DNA of 32,860 nt from the NCBI GenBank assembly GCA_011109175.1, contig RDEW01000155.1:1-32860 (forward strand), written 5' to 3'. The notes under the pieces are model-generated. The model was not told where the DNA came from and made no database searches. It worked only from the letters and a program-made list of their open reading frames with translations. The stretch comes from Dicyema japonicum (Eukaryota > Animalia > Dicyemida). The translations under genes were made by a program, and so were the position numbers. Of the stretch, positions 1-13,065 are shown in pieces. How positions within the stretch are numbered: the stretch's first letter is position 1; each line of letters opens with the position of its first letter.

Positions 1-1030
<1,030 letters not shown>

Positions 1031-2324
1031 ATTATAATTGTAAAAAACCTTTTTTGAATATTTTTGAAATCTCTTATGCAATTATTTTTCAGACACTACA
1101 TTATAAAGTTAATTAATGTTTGGTATATCCAATATATCATGCTGACTGTATTTGGGTCATTGGGGAGAATATAGCCAGATGAATGCCTGGTACAGATCTT
1201 CCGCAGATGTGCTAGATCACTTCTAGATTGAAGAGTTGTAATTCCCAAATATTGATAATTTTAGAATTCTCAGATTGTCACTGGAGAATGCCCTACTATG
1301 GACAATAAAAGTTCACTTTTTCATAGATTCGGAGATTTTGAAGAAAACATATCCATTTACGGCTGAATGATGAGAATATCATGCTTGAACAACATTCAGT
1401 ACACACGTGCAATAGTCAAAGTTATTTTTGCAAAATATTGTGAAAGCAAATCCATACGTGGAGATAGAGTCACCTACGATGGGTTTATCAATCTCGTCTG
1501 AGTCCTTATCCAAGTACTCTCTCTCACCAATCAAACTATCGCTATATCTGCAATCACTGCATAATCATTACTGTTGAGAGTAGTGAGTTGTCTTAGGGTC
1601 TTCAAAGATGACGTGTTGAGTGAACGTTGAGAGACTGTAGTGGCATTACTGTTTGTATCAGATATCTGGCCAAATGTTGCTATTCTTTGAGCAATGGAAG
1701 GAGATTCGTGAGTTGACGACTAGGAATAAGTAATACATTTACAGATGTATTTCCAATGTGCCATCTTGACTGGTGTTTTCCAAGGATGGAATAACAGGAA
1801 AAAAAGAATTATTAGCCGAGGCAACAACCCAAGTGGAAAGCTCCATGCACAATGACAACAAACCAATTGTCATGTCATCAACAAACATTAGTTTCTTCAA
1901 ATAACGTAATAGGCACGTGACTTTTGATGTATGCAATGCACTTTATTTTCTGTGATGAGTCTGTGAGACTTTCCTTAATGACTGCAATAACCAAACACTC
2001 AGTTACCATTATCATGTTTAAATTCAACTCTTAAGTGAGTTTTGTCCCCCAGCTCTCGAAGTTAACTTAGAGGGTTGAGTTTCTAAAACTTATTAAAGTA
2101 ATACTTTCTATAATTCTTAAAGAAAAGTGAGACTTTGGTGGAATGTTCGATGGATAGGTGAATGGAAAAATGATAGTTCGCAGGGGTTAAATGATATTCT
2201 TTCAACTTGAATACGCACTGACAATGATTAACAGGTAAATCTCCAAATGTCCTTTAATGTACACGTCAAGTGTGACATTAAGCTTTCTGCTGGGTCTGCC
2301 AATAATAATCACATCAGACAATAA

Positions 2325-3230
2325 TTAAGCTGAATCTTCTACTCCAAAGTCTCCCCCGGCTGAATACTCACAGAAAATGTAGCATTTGATAAAAACAACA
2401 CCATCTGATGAATATAAACCACACAGTGGATTTTCTGTTAAATTCAAATAAGTTTGATCAATTTTATATTCTAAAGTGTCTTTAGTTTCGTTTGTAAGGA
2501 AGATTGATTGCTCAGTCATCCTTCCCAGTCCAATGTCAATAACATTTTTAATTTTACTATATTCCTTGCATTTATTCTAAATCATTCCTTTTCTAGTTGC
2601 GTCTTTTTCATAATGTTGTCCCATAGATGAACTCGCTGTACTTATTGTCATGTTCTTCGCGATAAAGAATCTCCTTATCAGTAAAAACATAGTCGGGATC
2701 GATGTAATTGTGCTTCTTCTGGAGTGTGAGTCAATAAAATGGTAGTCCTTGATCAAACTTCACTCCCAGGATGGTTGGTATAGTCATTTGCATCAAAATA
2801 ATTTTAATATCGATTGCAAAATGATACAATGTTAGCAAAATATAAACATTTAAGTTATAAAGGGGGAATCTACCAAGACTCTTCTTGTGACATTGAGGAG
2901 CGAATTCTCCTCCAAGGATTGTGTAGACACATAACCAACAATCACTATTTTCCATGCATGATAAACGAAAACAACGCAGGCGGTGTTGGTGGAGGTTTTT
3001 CCTGAGCTCCAAAAAATTGAAGTGATTTTTATTGCTCTCCGATACATCTGAGAAGTCTTTACCAAATAAGATCGCGAAATGTTGGGTAAAATCACTGACA
3101 ACAGGAAATACATGAAGCACAGGAAATGCAATGTCTGGATCAGATCTGAAGTTAAACACCCATGGAGGTTGGGATTTGCATTGCTTCCAACCTTGATCAT
3201 CGAGGATGTTTAGGATGTCAAAATCCATGA
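2325..3230 (-). pseudogene. Decayed host gene fragment, tentatively CFAP47-like
   Basis: Past the TGA of ORF 2731..3228 the frame continues as QKKHNYIDPDYVFTDKEILYREEHDNKYSEFI (motif at 2689-2712), and VIDIGLG follows about 57 codons later (2526-2537). This resembles my recollection of the CFAP47 NYxDPDFAY...DIGL segment. Not verified by search. Confidence 0.35.
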
Positions 3231-3911
3231 ATACTGTCCAGCATCTAATAACGAAGATTAACTTTTGTATGAAAAGAAAATCTTACTATAAACTCCTAAT
3301 CAAAGATCTTCAATTTCTTGAATAGAATGCGTAGTAGAGATTCCTTTGATGAAAGAACATTACTCACAAAGAGATCAGTCTTTGCATATGCAAGTTCATC
3401 CTCACTCAGGGTTGCTAGAACCGTCAGCGTTAGAAATCCAATGTTTAAGCTTAAATAAGTATTTATCTCTATATGAGAATTAGTTTGATTACATACGTAA
3501 CGTTTTCCAGATTTTATTAGAGTTAAAACTACTTTTAAGTTTTATTAGAGCACGTCATATTTATTTGACTGAAGTCTTAATTGATTTATTATCCAGTCAG
3601 CATACGGCGTGTATTCAAGTAGGCCTTCACATCAGATAATTGATTTAATGAAAGTTTATGTTGAACACTGAACGGTTTGAATAACAAAAAAATTATCAGA
3701 AATTAACTTTTTAGTAAAAATTGAGTTTTTATCTGATTTTAATGACAATTTCTAAAATTGATATATTTCATAATTTGAAAATTCAAAAACTTCAATTGAA
3801 AATTCAAAAATTTTAGCTACCAAAGTATTGCAACCTATAATAATTAGAAAAAAAACATGGATAGATTTCAAGTTGTTAAATAAATTTTTTATATAGATGA
3901 AAATAATTAAA

Positions 3912-4600
3912 TAATTAATTAACACAGCCATCCATCCTAAAAAACCTCACCGACATTATCGACGTTGCTTTGCCTCTCACAATTGGATCAGGGATCAACT
4001 GGAGAAGCCACCCACCTTGGCTTTTTAGTGTAGCTAGATGACCAAGTTTCTTTAGGAAGTGAAGCGATTTTCCACCTATTCCTCCACTTGTCTCAACCAC
4101 AATCGGATAGAACGCGTATCGGTCTCGTAGCGCTTCTTATTTCTTCTCCATTGTTCTCATAGTTTTTTACCGCAACATACAGTGTGCGCGCTCCGACAAT
4201 GTAGGAAGGGCAAAGTGCGTCGACACAGGTAGCGTCCCAGACCAAAGGTTTCCCTTCTTCGAATGGGAAAATTGTGCTCCCGTCGGGAAGTTTACAGTCT
4301 CCTCTGTCAGGACCAACATGTTCAAGTATGGCGGATATCCCGCAGACTCTAAGACTCGCTTGACAATTTCCTTGATTTCCTTTTGTCTTGGGAATCGTCC
4401 TGCACTTCTTACACATGAGAAGGCATGGTGTCCATAACAATCGACGGTGGCGCCACACCGGCATTTGTGAGTCAGGTAAATTTCCAGTCCAAGTCTGGTG
4501 GAGATGCCGAAGCGGACGGTATCATCGTCAGTTTTAATTACATTTTTGTTCGAATGGTATATCAGGTTGGCTAAAGATAAGAGCAAAATACTACTTTTAT
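3912..4600 (-). mobile_element. CRE-like non-LTR retrotransposon 3' fragment (CCHC zinc knuckle + restriction-like endonuclease)
   Basis: DDDTVRFGISTRLG, CRCGATVDCYGHHAFSC, AGRFPR, (R)PDG, LVWDATCVD, VETSGGIG, IVRGKATSI across frameshifted ORFs; TAATT-type tail right after the stop codon. Confidence 0.85.
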
Positions 4601-4750
4601 TGACCAATGTCCATCTCACAAGATATTACATTTTACAGTGAGTTGAAATAATATTTTACCTCCAATGCTTCATGTTTTTACAGCCGATGGACCAAGGAGT
4701 ATTTAAGACATTCAATAGGCTATTCAATAAATTCAAATTTTTTGAAATTA
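4600..4750 (+). mobile_element. pogo/Tigger DDE_1 transposase remnant
   Basis: Frameshifted reading IDQCPSH...LPPN..(F)LQPMDQGVFKTF matches the pogo LDNCPAH / LPPNTTSxLQPMDQG motifs. Confidence 0.65.
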
Positions 4751-5397
4751 TTGAAAAATTGAACTCGGAAAATCATCATCCGAGGTAATAAAAAAATAAG
4801 TCTTAAGGATGATACAATTTATACCTATTAAGATGTGCAAAGATAAATAGTACAACAATAATAAACTATTTTCGACAATGGACACAATATTTTATTGAAG
4901 AAATTAATGATGAGTTTTCTCCTTATTAATTAAGAATTCGTGAATTCGTGTCAAAGCTCCAAAGAAATGATCCAATTGCAGGAGATGAGTTTTTTCTCCA
5001 TGAGTATACAAAAAAACTACCCTTCCTCTCAATCCGTAAGAATGTATGCAATCCAAAATTTTAATTTGTTTCATATGTCTATGCCAAAGATTTTTCTTAT
5101 AATTAATTTCCTTCGGATTGATCAAAAGATTTCAGTATGTCAATGGCACACGTTAGTGACTTTTGCTGCCAAAGCTAAAATTGACACAAGATATTTCGAT
5201 GGTGTATGGAATAAAGGGCAGTTCGGTAATCTAGCTTCCTTTAAGAGTTTTCGTTGTAATTTGATTATGAAATTTTCAATGTGCTGGATTTTGTGTTCTG
5301 GTCCAATTAACCTCATTGCAGTATCCTCGATTGCGGATAGTTTCAGAAAATCCGTATGAAGCAGATTGAGTTATCCATAGTAGGTAGTTTAATTTTC

Positions 5398-5525
5398 TAT
5401 GTCGTAGGTCAATGATACCAACAATAAATTTATAAATGTGAACACGGATAAGCGAATTTGGCTTTGGTTGTGTGAGAATTTGCCCGGAGGTTAATAATAC
5501 TTTATGTCGAAGGTCAATGATACCA
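5398..5525. repeat. Pair of 23-bp direct repeats, 105-bp period
   Basis: tatgtcgtaggtcaatgatacca (5398-5420) and tatgtcgaaggtcaatgatacca (5503-5525), 22/23 identical. Confidence 0.85.
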
Positions 5526-7079
5526 GTTCCTTCATCAATTGTATAGCGAATTCATTATTGCGTAGTCTGAAACACATTGATCGCAAAAAGATTCAGATAT
5601 GTCATCAATTTTTCTATAGTGTATGGTATCAGAAACCGGTATTTTCCGTATTTGGTTATGAATAAGACTATCCAAATATGCTTCTCCCATCAAAGCTGTT
5701 TCAAAAAACTAGAGTTTATCGGATATTGTGCGTTTTTTTTACATTTTACATTTCTGTTAAAAAATCTTGCTAAGCACTTGATGAGACAGAAATATTTTTT
5801 AACGTTTTAATTTGGTTATCGAATTTTTCTAATTTTCTTTTAAAAAATCTTAGGACTTCTGGACATATTCAGAATGAATCGATTCAAAATGTCTTCTTAA
5901 TATGTTTGGCCTCATATTTTCTGCTCAAGGTTTTTAAAACATGCAAATAGAGGGCTATTTGAAGGAATCAAAAATAATAGTGCGAATCCGAACAATAAAT
6001 AGGACGGCGAATACTTTCTTTTCTTTGGGTCGAATTGATTATTTTCAAATTATTAGGACTATTTGAGCTATCATCAAAATCATCAGGAAAGATCTCTCCC
6101 ATTTTAGAAAACTCGTACCTAGACTGTGAATCAAAAATTCTACAAAAAAGATGCACTCTACAATCTTTTGAAAAATTTAAATCGACGCGACATTAAGCTC
6201 ACTTCATTTTCATCTGCACAAATAAAAGGAAAATTATTCAACCTCGTCATCAAAGAATCGTCTCAATCGTCATCTACAATGCCCATCATGCTTTCTTGGG
6301 ACCAGAATATTGGTAATCTCTTATCTTGTCCAGGTCCACCTCCGAGTTCACATATAAACAAATATACCTGTCGAATAACTCGAACCTTGATTCTTAGTTT
6401 AATGTTTTCTTTATCTACCAGTTTATTTAACTCGTAGGAACCGGGGTTAAATAAATAAAACTGGACTGACATTGCATCCATATATACGACTTTAAGATAT
6501 TCTTGAAGTACTACGATTTAAAACTAAGTGAATCATGTATGATTAACAATTCACACAAAACATTTAAAAATAACTAAACATATCTTCATTAGAGGTGGCT
6601 GCTATCAAAATTTTACATCATTTCTTGTAAAAAATGCGGGCAATGAGCCAGATTTTTAGTCGCTTATCCCTTTTCCCATTCTCGCTAAACGACTTGATAC
6701 AATTTAGAAGAATTAGTGAGCAATTCCAATTATCGAGTAAAATAATTAATTTTGTTTTCTGATAGTAAAAATACTTTTCGACTTCAGCAGAACCAACCAC
6801 ATCTATTTTTTATCGTTAAAATAAATAATAAATAAATTTATATAAGTTAATAGAGAGTTGGGTGTTGTAGATCTTTCTAATAATTTTTATGTTTTATCGT
6901 ACTTTCAGTTTTTCTATTCAACCCAGTTTACAATTGCAATGTCCAACTTCGGAGGACTCGCTTCGAATATTATACAGGAGACCTTATACATTGATCGATC
7001 AGAAAAGTGTATTGAGAAAACTGGTAGAACGGAAATGAAGAGGACCGGTAATCTGTAGTGACGATTCAAAGTAGTGAAT

Positions 7080-7520
7080 ATATTATTATTAATATAGGCA
7101 CGTACGCGATGCCAAGATCATGACAAAGCATGTGCAACACGAAAAGTTAACAATCTAATTAACGTCCCTCATCTTTTTCGATCCGTTGCCATGTTCCGTA
7201 GCGTATCCTGAGATCTTCATCTATAATAACCGGCAGTGTTGTCCTCGGCCGGCCGCGGAAACGAGAACCTTCTAAGACAAAATACTCCTCCATTGCTATG
7301 TTGGCAAGCGTCCCCATATCGTGGCGAAGTATGTGTCCAAAGAGCCTCCATTTTGAATCAGTAATCTCACATGATATTGGCTCAGTTCCTGTTCTCTTGT
7401 ATAAGATTTTAAACTCCTTCGATATTTTTGTCTCTTGGAGCATCCGGTTTGATATCTTGTATTTTGAAAGGTCTTCACAAAGTTCTTTTCTTTTCCATGC
7501 ACTAGAGAGTCCTTTGACAT
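7080..7520 (-). mobile_element. RTE-like LINE 3' fragment
   Basis: KWRLFGHILR...ANIAMEEYF...FRGRPRTTLP..IDEDL is homologous to the C-terminus of ORF 8808..9782; short (TAA)n tail near 7080-7092. Confidence 0.85.
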
Positions 7521-8299
7521 TGAACGTTAAAAGTGAGAAGTCATTTAGGTTGCAATTTTTCGTGTTTTTCAGACATACTTTTCAAGAGGGACGTCACTAC
7601 CTCAACCAAAAAAAAATTGTTGATTATTTGTTAATAAAGAGATTAGTTAACATAAAGACTTCACTAGTGGCGATGAATGCAATCCTAAAATCATAAAAAT
7701 AAAACATTGAAAATTGTTTTTAAAATTGTAGCATAGAAATGGATCTCTTTCATATTGGTTAGCAAACATATATTCTCAATTTTTGAAAAATGTTATGCGG
7801 AATCAACACCTCCATAAATACATTTTCTATTGTAAAAATGAAAATTAACGATATTTAGTTATAAATTTAAAAAATTTTATTTAAAATGAATTCTTTTGTA
7901 TTCGAATAACCGATATCCAAATGTTCAAATGTTGGACAAATATCATTTGGATCCCCAATATCAGACACATACAATTCCAGATAAAATATTGGTGATCAAA
8001 TTCAAGTTCATCGTAATTTAAATTCCTTTAATGAAACATCAATTATACAATAAATCTTCAATTACGCCATATGTCGCAAATAATCTTCTAGTATTTGGAA
8101 ATTTAGATATAGCTTCCACAGCCAAAATCGTTGGCATTATGACATTACCTATGTGGATAATGCGGTCTGGTGGAATTTTTTTAAAAAGATTGTGAATAAT
8201 AATTCCATCGAGATCATAAATAAATCTAAAATTTTTTTCATTTTCGTCAACTAAATATATTCAAAATACCTAGAAGATCTTTATCGATTTAATATATAA

Positions 8300-8590
8300 C
8301 AGCATCTGTAATTACGCATTGCTAAAAGGCGAACCTTGGAGCACTCCGTTTGGTAATAAACGTAATGTGATCTGAGGTGGCCACAGATGACCCTCCCATG
8401 TCTTCCAGATAAAAAATTGGCCAGTCATAGCTTCAAATTAGGGCGAATTTTTGAATTAAAGATTTTCCAATTAAATGTTTCCTCGGTACCGAGTCAAACG
8501 CCTTGTTGATGTCAATCATGTGTTTTGGGGTAGTGTTGAAACCATCCGCAATGAACTGTGAAATCGTTGATAAGAAAGTCTTTTGGATTT
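8300..8590 (-). mobile_element. I/Jockey-group RT remnant, related to the LINE at 15494-19609
   Basis: SQFIADGFN..DINKAFDSVPRKHLIGKI..LANFLSGRHGRV..LLPNGVLQGSP closely parallels ORF 18080..18445. Confidence 0.8.
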
Positions 8591-8599
8591 ACAATCAAC

Positions 8600-8790
8600 G
8601 AATATCTTTAAACTCCATGTCTCTAAAAATGGTGAATGTTTCTAACATTCAAGGATTTCAAGCATCAAATGGATGGCTTGTGAAATTTAAAAATCGATTT
8701 TCCATTGCTTCCCGTGCTTATTTGGGAAAAATAGATTTGTTGAAACCTCAGTGATTGAAAAATTTACAGTAAGTTTCAATAGAAAATTGG
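8600..8790 (+). mobile_element. pogo/Tigger CENP-B-type HTH remnant
   Basis: FQASNGWLVKFKNRFSI matches the HTH_Tnp_Tc5 FxASxGWLxxFKxR motif. Confidence 0.75.
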
Positions 8791-8807
8791 AACAATAGTT
8801 AAGTTAG

Positions 8808-9782
8808 TTAGTTAAGAACTCTTTCGCGTGGCCCTAAAAGGGGTTCGCTTGAGCCATGTTTTGCAGTCATCCTCCTCGCCATCCTCGCCCACGCCATCTT
8901 GTTCCTGGGCTTCATTCGAACATCATCCAGATCATCCGCTGTCACCAATTTACGACTATTTTGTTCGTAGTCATCTTTTAAGCAGGTTGGAATTGTGTTT
9001 CTTGGTCTGCCTCGAAATCCGCGACTTCCGGCGTAGTAGAAATATTCTTCCATTATTCTGTTACATGGCGTAGTCGGGTCCAGTCTGAGGATATATCCAA
9101 ATAGTCGCCATCTCGATAAAATAACATCGTTGCTGAGTGGTCTGGATTTACATCGTGAATATAGATTTTCATTTGAGATTTTTCTCGGCCAAAAAATTCC
9201 AATCAACATACGGAGTTGGTTCCTGTATAAAGTATCTAAGTTCTCTAAATCAATTTTAGAACATGCCCATGTTCCGGAATTGTATAGAAAAATTGGTTTA
9301 ACAAACGTGTCGTATAGTCTGACACGAAGTTTCAGTGATACATGTTTTTTCCTTATCCAAATTTGGTACATTTTTTTGAAGTATATGGTAGCCAGCATTT
9401 TCCTTCGACAAATATCCTCAGCATCACCTAGCAGTGAGCCGAGTTTTTTGGTATGTCTCCTGCACTCATCGTTCCTTGATTCTGCTCGTTCGACTCGTGT
9501 ATAATCAGTTTTTTTAATGTTTATGCGTAAATCCCAATTCTTAAAAATACGTTCGGCTTGAAGTAAAATTTGGTCAAGTATTTCTTGGTCGGTAGACACA
9601 AAGTCTACATCATCCGCATAAATTAACTCTGTTATGTCCCGGTATTTAGAACCCATGACATTTCTCAATTCCTTGAGCGCAGCTTCGAGGTAAACAATAA
9701 ATATAATTGAGGACAAGGAATCTCCTTGTGGAGTGCCCATGTTGGTACTGAAACTCTTTGAATGCTTTGTTCCTATTCTCAC
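8808..9782 (-). mobile_element. 5'-truncated RTE-like LINE: open 324-aa RT C-terminal half
   Basis: GTPQGDSLS, LIYADDVDF, KKLGS, LYNSGTW, RWRLFGYILR, GRPR. The stop codon lies inside a (TAAC)n-like terminal repeat at about 8797-8813. Confidence 0.92.
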
Positions 9783-10025
9783 GGAATTTTTCGAATTTTC
9801 TCGACGTGATGGAGGTTAATAAATTGAATTTAAATTAATCTGCTAGCTTATCCGTTATATCATCATCCAATGCGGTCGCCATATGACCTCACAAGACTAT
9901 ATGAAGACACAAACGATCGGTTTCGACGATGTGCCTTTCTGCATTTTAAAATACCACAAGACGGAGCACCTCTTTTATTTTCCNTGTCACATGGGCGGCG
10001 CGTAACGCATGGGCAGCCTGTTACA

Positions 10026-10320
10026 TTTTTTCGACCTTGAAAAGGTCTTTTGATTATCCGACATTATTATTATTATTACCCCAGGATCACTGGGTCAAAA
10101 GAAAGAAAGAAATAAAAGTTTCTCATCGTAACAAGTGTTACTTTTTTCGACCTTGAAAAGGTCTTTTGATTATCCGACATTATTATTATTATTACCCCAG
10201 GATCACTGGGTCAAAAAGAAAGAAATAAAAGTTCTCATCTAACTAAGTGATCCCAGACCGACAAAGGTGAGGATGAGTCCTCTTTGGATTATCCGACATT
10301 TAATTTTATATATCCGATTT
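10026..10320. repeat. Subterminal tandem repeat (116-bp period) inside the Ginger-like left end
   Basis: Two near-identical units (tcgacc at 10031 and 10147) plus a partial third; the motif tatccga occurs four times. Confidence 0.9.
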
Positions 10321-10429
10321 ATATCGTGATTTAATCCTGTTAAATTAGTTTTTTATTCATAAATGTTATGATTATAAAGATTTTATTTTTTTATAGCGGT
10401 AAACCTAGATTTCTAGCGTGATTTATAGC

Positions 10430-11148
10430 ATGGAAGATTATTTTGTTGCAATGGCTTCTTACAAGGGTTTTGTGAAAGATTGCGTTGAATATCAAACTTT
10501 AAAGATGCTTTGCATGATAAATTTCCCGAAAATCTTCCGAGGCACCGAAAATATAGGCTTGTAGAGAAGATAGAGAATTTTTTATTATCAATGACAGGTA
10601 TTGTAAATTTGCAATAATTTTAGACTGTATCTTAAATCAACTGATCCCAAGTTAATCATATCCCTGGATAATGAAACCGAAATGGAGCATGTTGCGAAAT
10701 CGTAGCACGAGTTTTCACACGGAGGAGTCAATAAAATTGAGTATGAATGTCGACAAAGATACTTCACTGTAGAGAATGAGATTATCAGAAAAGTCATTCG
10801 AAATTGTGAAGTCTGTAAATTTTCGCGTCCTTTAAAAGTTCGTGATTTTTTATAATTGGAGATATAAATCACCATGTGTTTGCTTCTTCTCCAAATGAAC
10901 GTTTTCAGGTAGATCTAATAGACCTGAAAAAATTTTCAACATTAAATGAAAATTTCAAATGGATTTTAACGGTCATTGACATATATAGTAGGCTGGTTTT
11001 TTTTTTAATTTATAGATTCGCTTTTGTACGACCACTCTTTAATAAGTCTGGTAAAGAAGTATGTGAAAACTTAAGATCTTTGTTCCGCCTGAATGGGCCA
11101 TGTAAATTTCTTCAGTCGGACAATGGATCTGAATTTAAAAATCAATAA
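10430..11148 (+). pseudogene. Integrase-like transposase (HHCC zinc finger + first two D of the DDE triad), truncated, with tiny introns
   Basis: HEFSHGG...CEVC (HHCC), RFQVDLIDL, WILTVIDIYSR, RPLFNKSG, LQSDNGSEF. Removing 10598-10623 (26 nt GT-AG) and 10992-11015 (24 nt GC-AG) restores IINDRLYLK and YSRFAFVRPL. Confidence 0.85.
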
Positions 11149-11644
11149 ATAAGTATTATCCAGTTGCAGAAATAATTAATATTTTATCGAATAATCGCCT
11201 GGAGGTAGTTTTAAATAGTTTAATTTGATATAAAAAATTCGAAAGGAGAAATATCGACTGTATTAATGAGTATACTAAAAAAAGTTACTTAAATTTAATT
11301 TTTTGTGGTTAATAAATCATTTATAAAATTAATTGAAGTTAATTGAAGTTAATCTTGGTTCAAGGTTAATGTAACAGGCTGCCCATAGGTAACGCTTGGC
11401 CCATGTGACATAATAAACAAAAAGTTCGTCTTTCATCACTAGGAGATGCGATGAAAACATATTTTAAATATTGAATATTATATCGACGAATTTTTTTATT
11501 TAGGGTCTCTTGCTCCATTGTTGATGATACAAATACACTGCAATTCAGGCTAGTGTCAATTTAAAATTACAGGTTCACCATACTGAAATTCTATTATATT
11601 AATTAGTTGTATGAAATGATTTTTACGAATAATTTATTATCGCT

Positions 11645-11680
11645 TCCTTGGGGGCGATCTCGCCACTTTGGGAAACCCTG
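11645..11680. mobile_element. Isolated hAT-like terminal remnant
   Basis: ccactttgggaaaccctg; the reverse complement CAGGGTTTCCCAAAGTGG resembles Charlie/Buster termini. No partner end found. Confidence 0.35.
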
Positions 11681-12109
11681 ATTTAAACACTTGTTACAAT
11701 AGCCTGTTCTTTCGCGCCTTGAAAATGTTTAATATATATTTTGGTAACGTAATATGCATTTTCTCTACTATTTCATTTGCTTCTTTTGCTGCATCTGTTA
11801 GAGCTTTACCCGAACTTTCAACAACCCTCACACATCAGTTTCATAGACCTTTGTTTCTTCGGGATTGCTTATTAGGTCTAAAATAATTCTCCAGCTTCTA
11901 TTTTGTCTGACTAAGTTCTCCTTTCATATCAGAATTACTCGATCTATTAATACTGAGAAAAGCCAAGCAAAACCCGCCGTCTTCTACTAAATGAAAATTG
12001 ACAAAGAGCCCAAAAGTTTCCCCCACACTCAAAGACGAAACATACCCAAGGCCTATATCCCAACAATCTTATGAAATTTTATTTGAATATCAGCCATAAA
12101 ACCCATAAA

Positions 12110-12350
12110 AAACCAAGACTATCGCACGTTTGATTCACTCTCCCTATTACAAAATCTTCAGGACGTCTATACGCCATAATCTCAAGTCATGGTTGACAAA
12201 TCTAACACCAACTGCAAAGAACTTGTGATATTAATAACAATAAGTCAAAATCGCGATACATTTAACACGGAGTTCCACAAGATTTCCATTATCTTTAACA
12301 CTGATCAACCTCTTCCTTAGCGACCTTGATACTCTTGATGCTCCAATTGC
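12110..12350 (+). mobile_element. Highly degraded LINE RT remnant
   Basis: Frameshifted TFDS..NLKSWLTN..HGVPQ..PLSLTLINLFLSDL. Confidence 0.45.
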
Positions 12351-12669
12351 AACTTTTTGTATTACAATATATGCTCTCCTTTTCTCTTAATTACAGGGGT
12401 TAATTAAAATTAATTCATCTTATACATGCTGCATCTGATTTATTATCCTTAAAGTTCTTACAATTTATTAGTAACTCAGGATTTTAATTATCCCAACCAC
12501 AGAATAACTAACCACTTGACGAACATCAATCATAGATTCAGTTCCCACGATCGCACAGAAAGACAAATCCATCCATAACCATGTATGGTAACTCGTTCAA
12601 ACATTAGGAAGAACAAATGATCCTTTTTGATACTGTCTTGCCGCTAGTGATCACAAGACACCAGCAAGT

Positions 12670-13064
12670 CTTATTGGAATCAACGAGACAGCTGCTCGAC
12701 GCTACCAACTAATAAATGACATTGTGTATAAAGTTTTGGATCATGCTGCCTCCAATCAGGTTTATGTTGTTTATCAACGTAAGTTCTTATTTGTACATTC
12801 ACGGAAAGAGACAGCAAAGACAAAACGTTCCTTAAAGGCAATAAGTTTGGGTAATGATACATTGGGAGTGTTTATCAAAGAAAGCAATAAATCTATTGAT
12901 ATATTAATAACTGAAGCGGAACATGATAGGAATTTGGATTTGAAAGATTTGTTGCTTTTTGGTTTTGCTATTCATTACACTGGGAGTAAAAGTTATATAA
13001 ATTATCAATTTTAGACTGGTCACTAGTTAAGGATTTATTTAGTCACATACTTATTCAAGTTCTT
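12670..13064 (+). pseudogene. SNRNP200: Fragment of U5 snRNP 200-kDa helicase (BRR2) N-terminal helicase cassette, intron-retaining, truncated by a LINE
   Basis: LIGINETAARRYQLINDIVYKVLDHAASNQ|FLFVHSRKETAKT..DTLGVFIKE..LDLKDLLLFGFAIH..|WSLVKDLF..IQVL aligns with the BRR2 NQVLVFVHSRKETGKT / KDLLPYGFAIHHAG / LVEDLF..IQVL segment. Candidate introns: 12760-12783 (24 nt) and 12986 or 12992 to 13014 (29 or 23 nt). Confidence 0.8.
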
Positions 13065-13065
13065 T

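Larger units (their letters stand above)
9985..11410 (+). mobile_element. Ginger-like DNA transposon (retroviral-type integrase flanked by TIRs), 1426 bp, non-autonomous
   Basis: 43-bp terminal inverted repeats 9985-10027 and 11368-11410 (37/43 identical) with TGT...ACA ends enclose an integrase pseudogene. TSD cannot be tested because of the N at 9984. Confidence 0.85.

Noticed and set aside
2920-2960. CWLC motif in ORF 2731..3228 suggesting a retroviral envelope
   Set aside because: It is an isolated 4-residue match, with no furin site, fusion peptide, CX6CC, TM segment or LTR context.
8828-9504. Plus-strand ORFs 8828..9073 and 9130..9504, and likewise 7298..7696, 13132..13356 and 29292..29642
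   Set aside because: They are antisense shadows of retrotransposon ORFs with no independent motifs.
10200-10300. Possible hammerhead ribozyme (gatgagtcc...gga)
   Set aside because: The CUGAUGA core is incomplete and no GAAA follows stem II on either strand.
9985-11410. Maverick/Polinton or LTR retrotransposon origin of the integrase
   Set aside because: The element is 1.4 kb with short inverted (not direct) repeats starting TGT; there is no polB, ATPase, capsid or RT inside.
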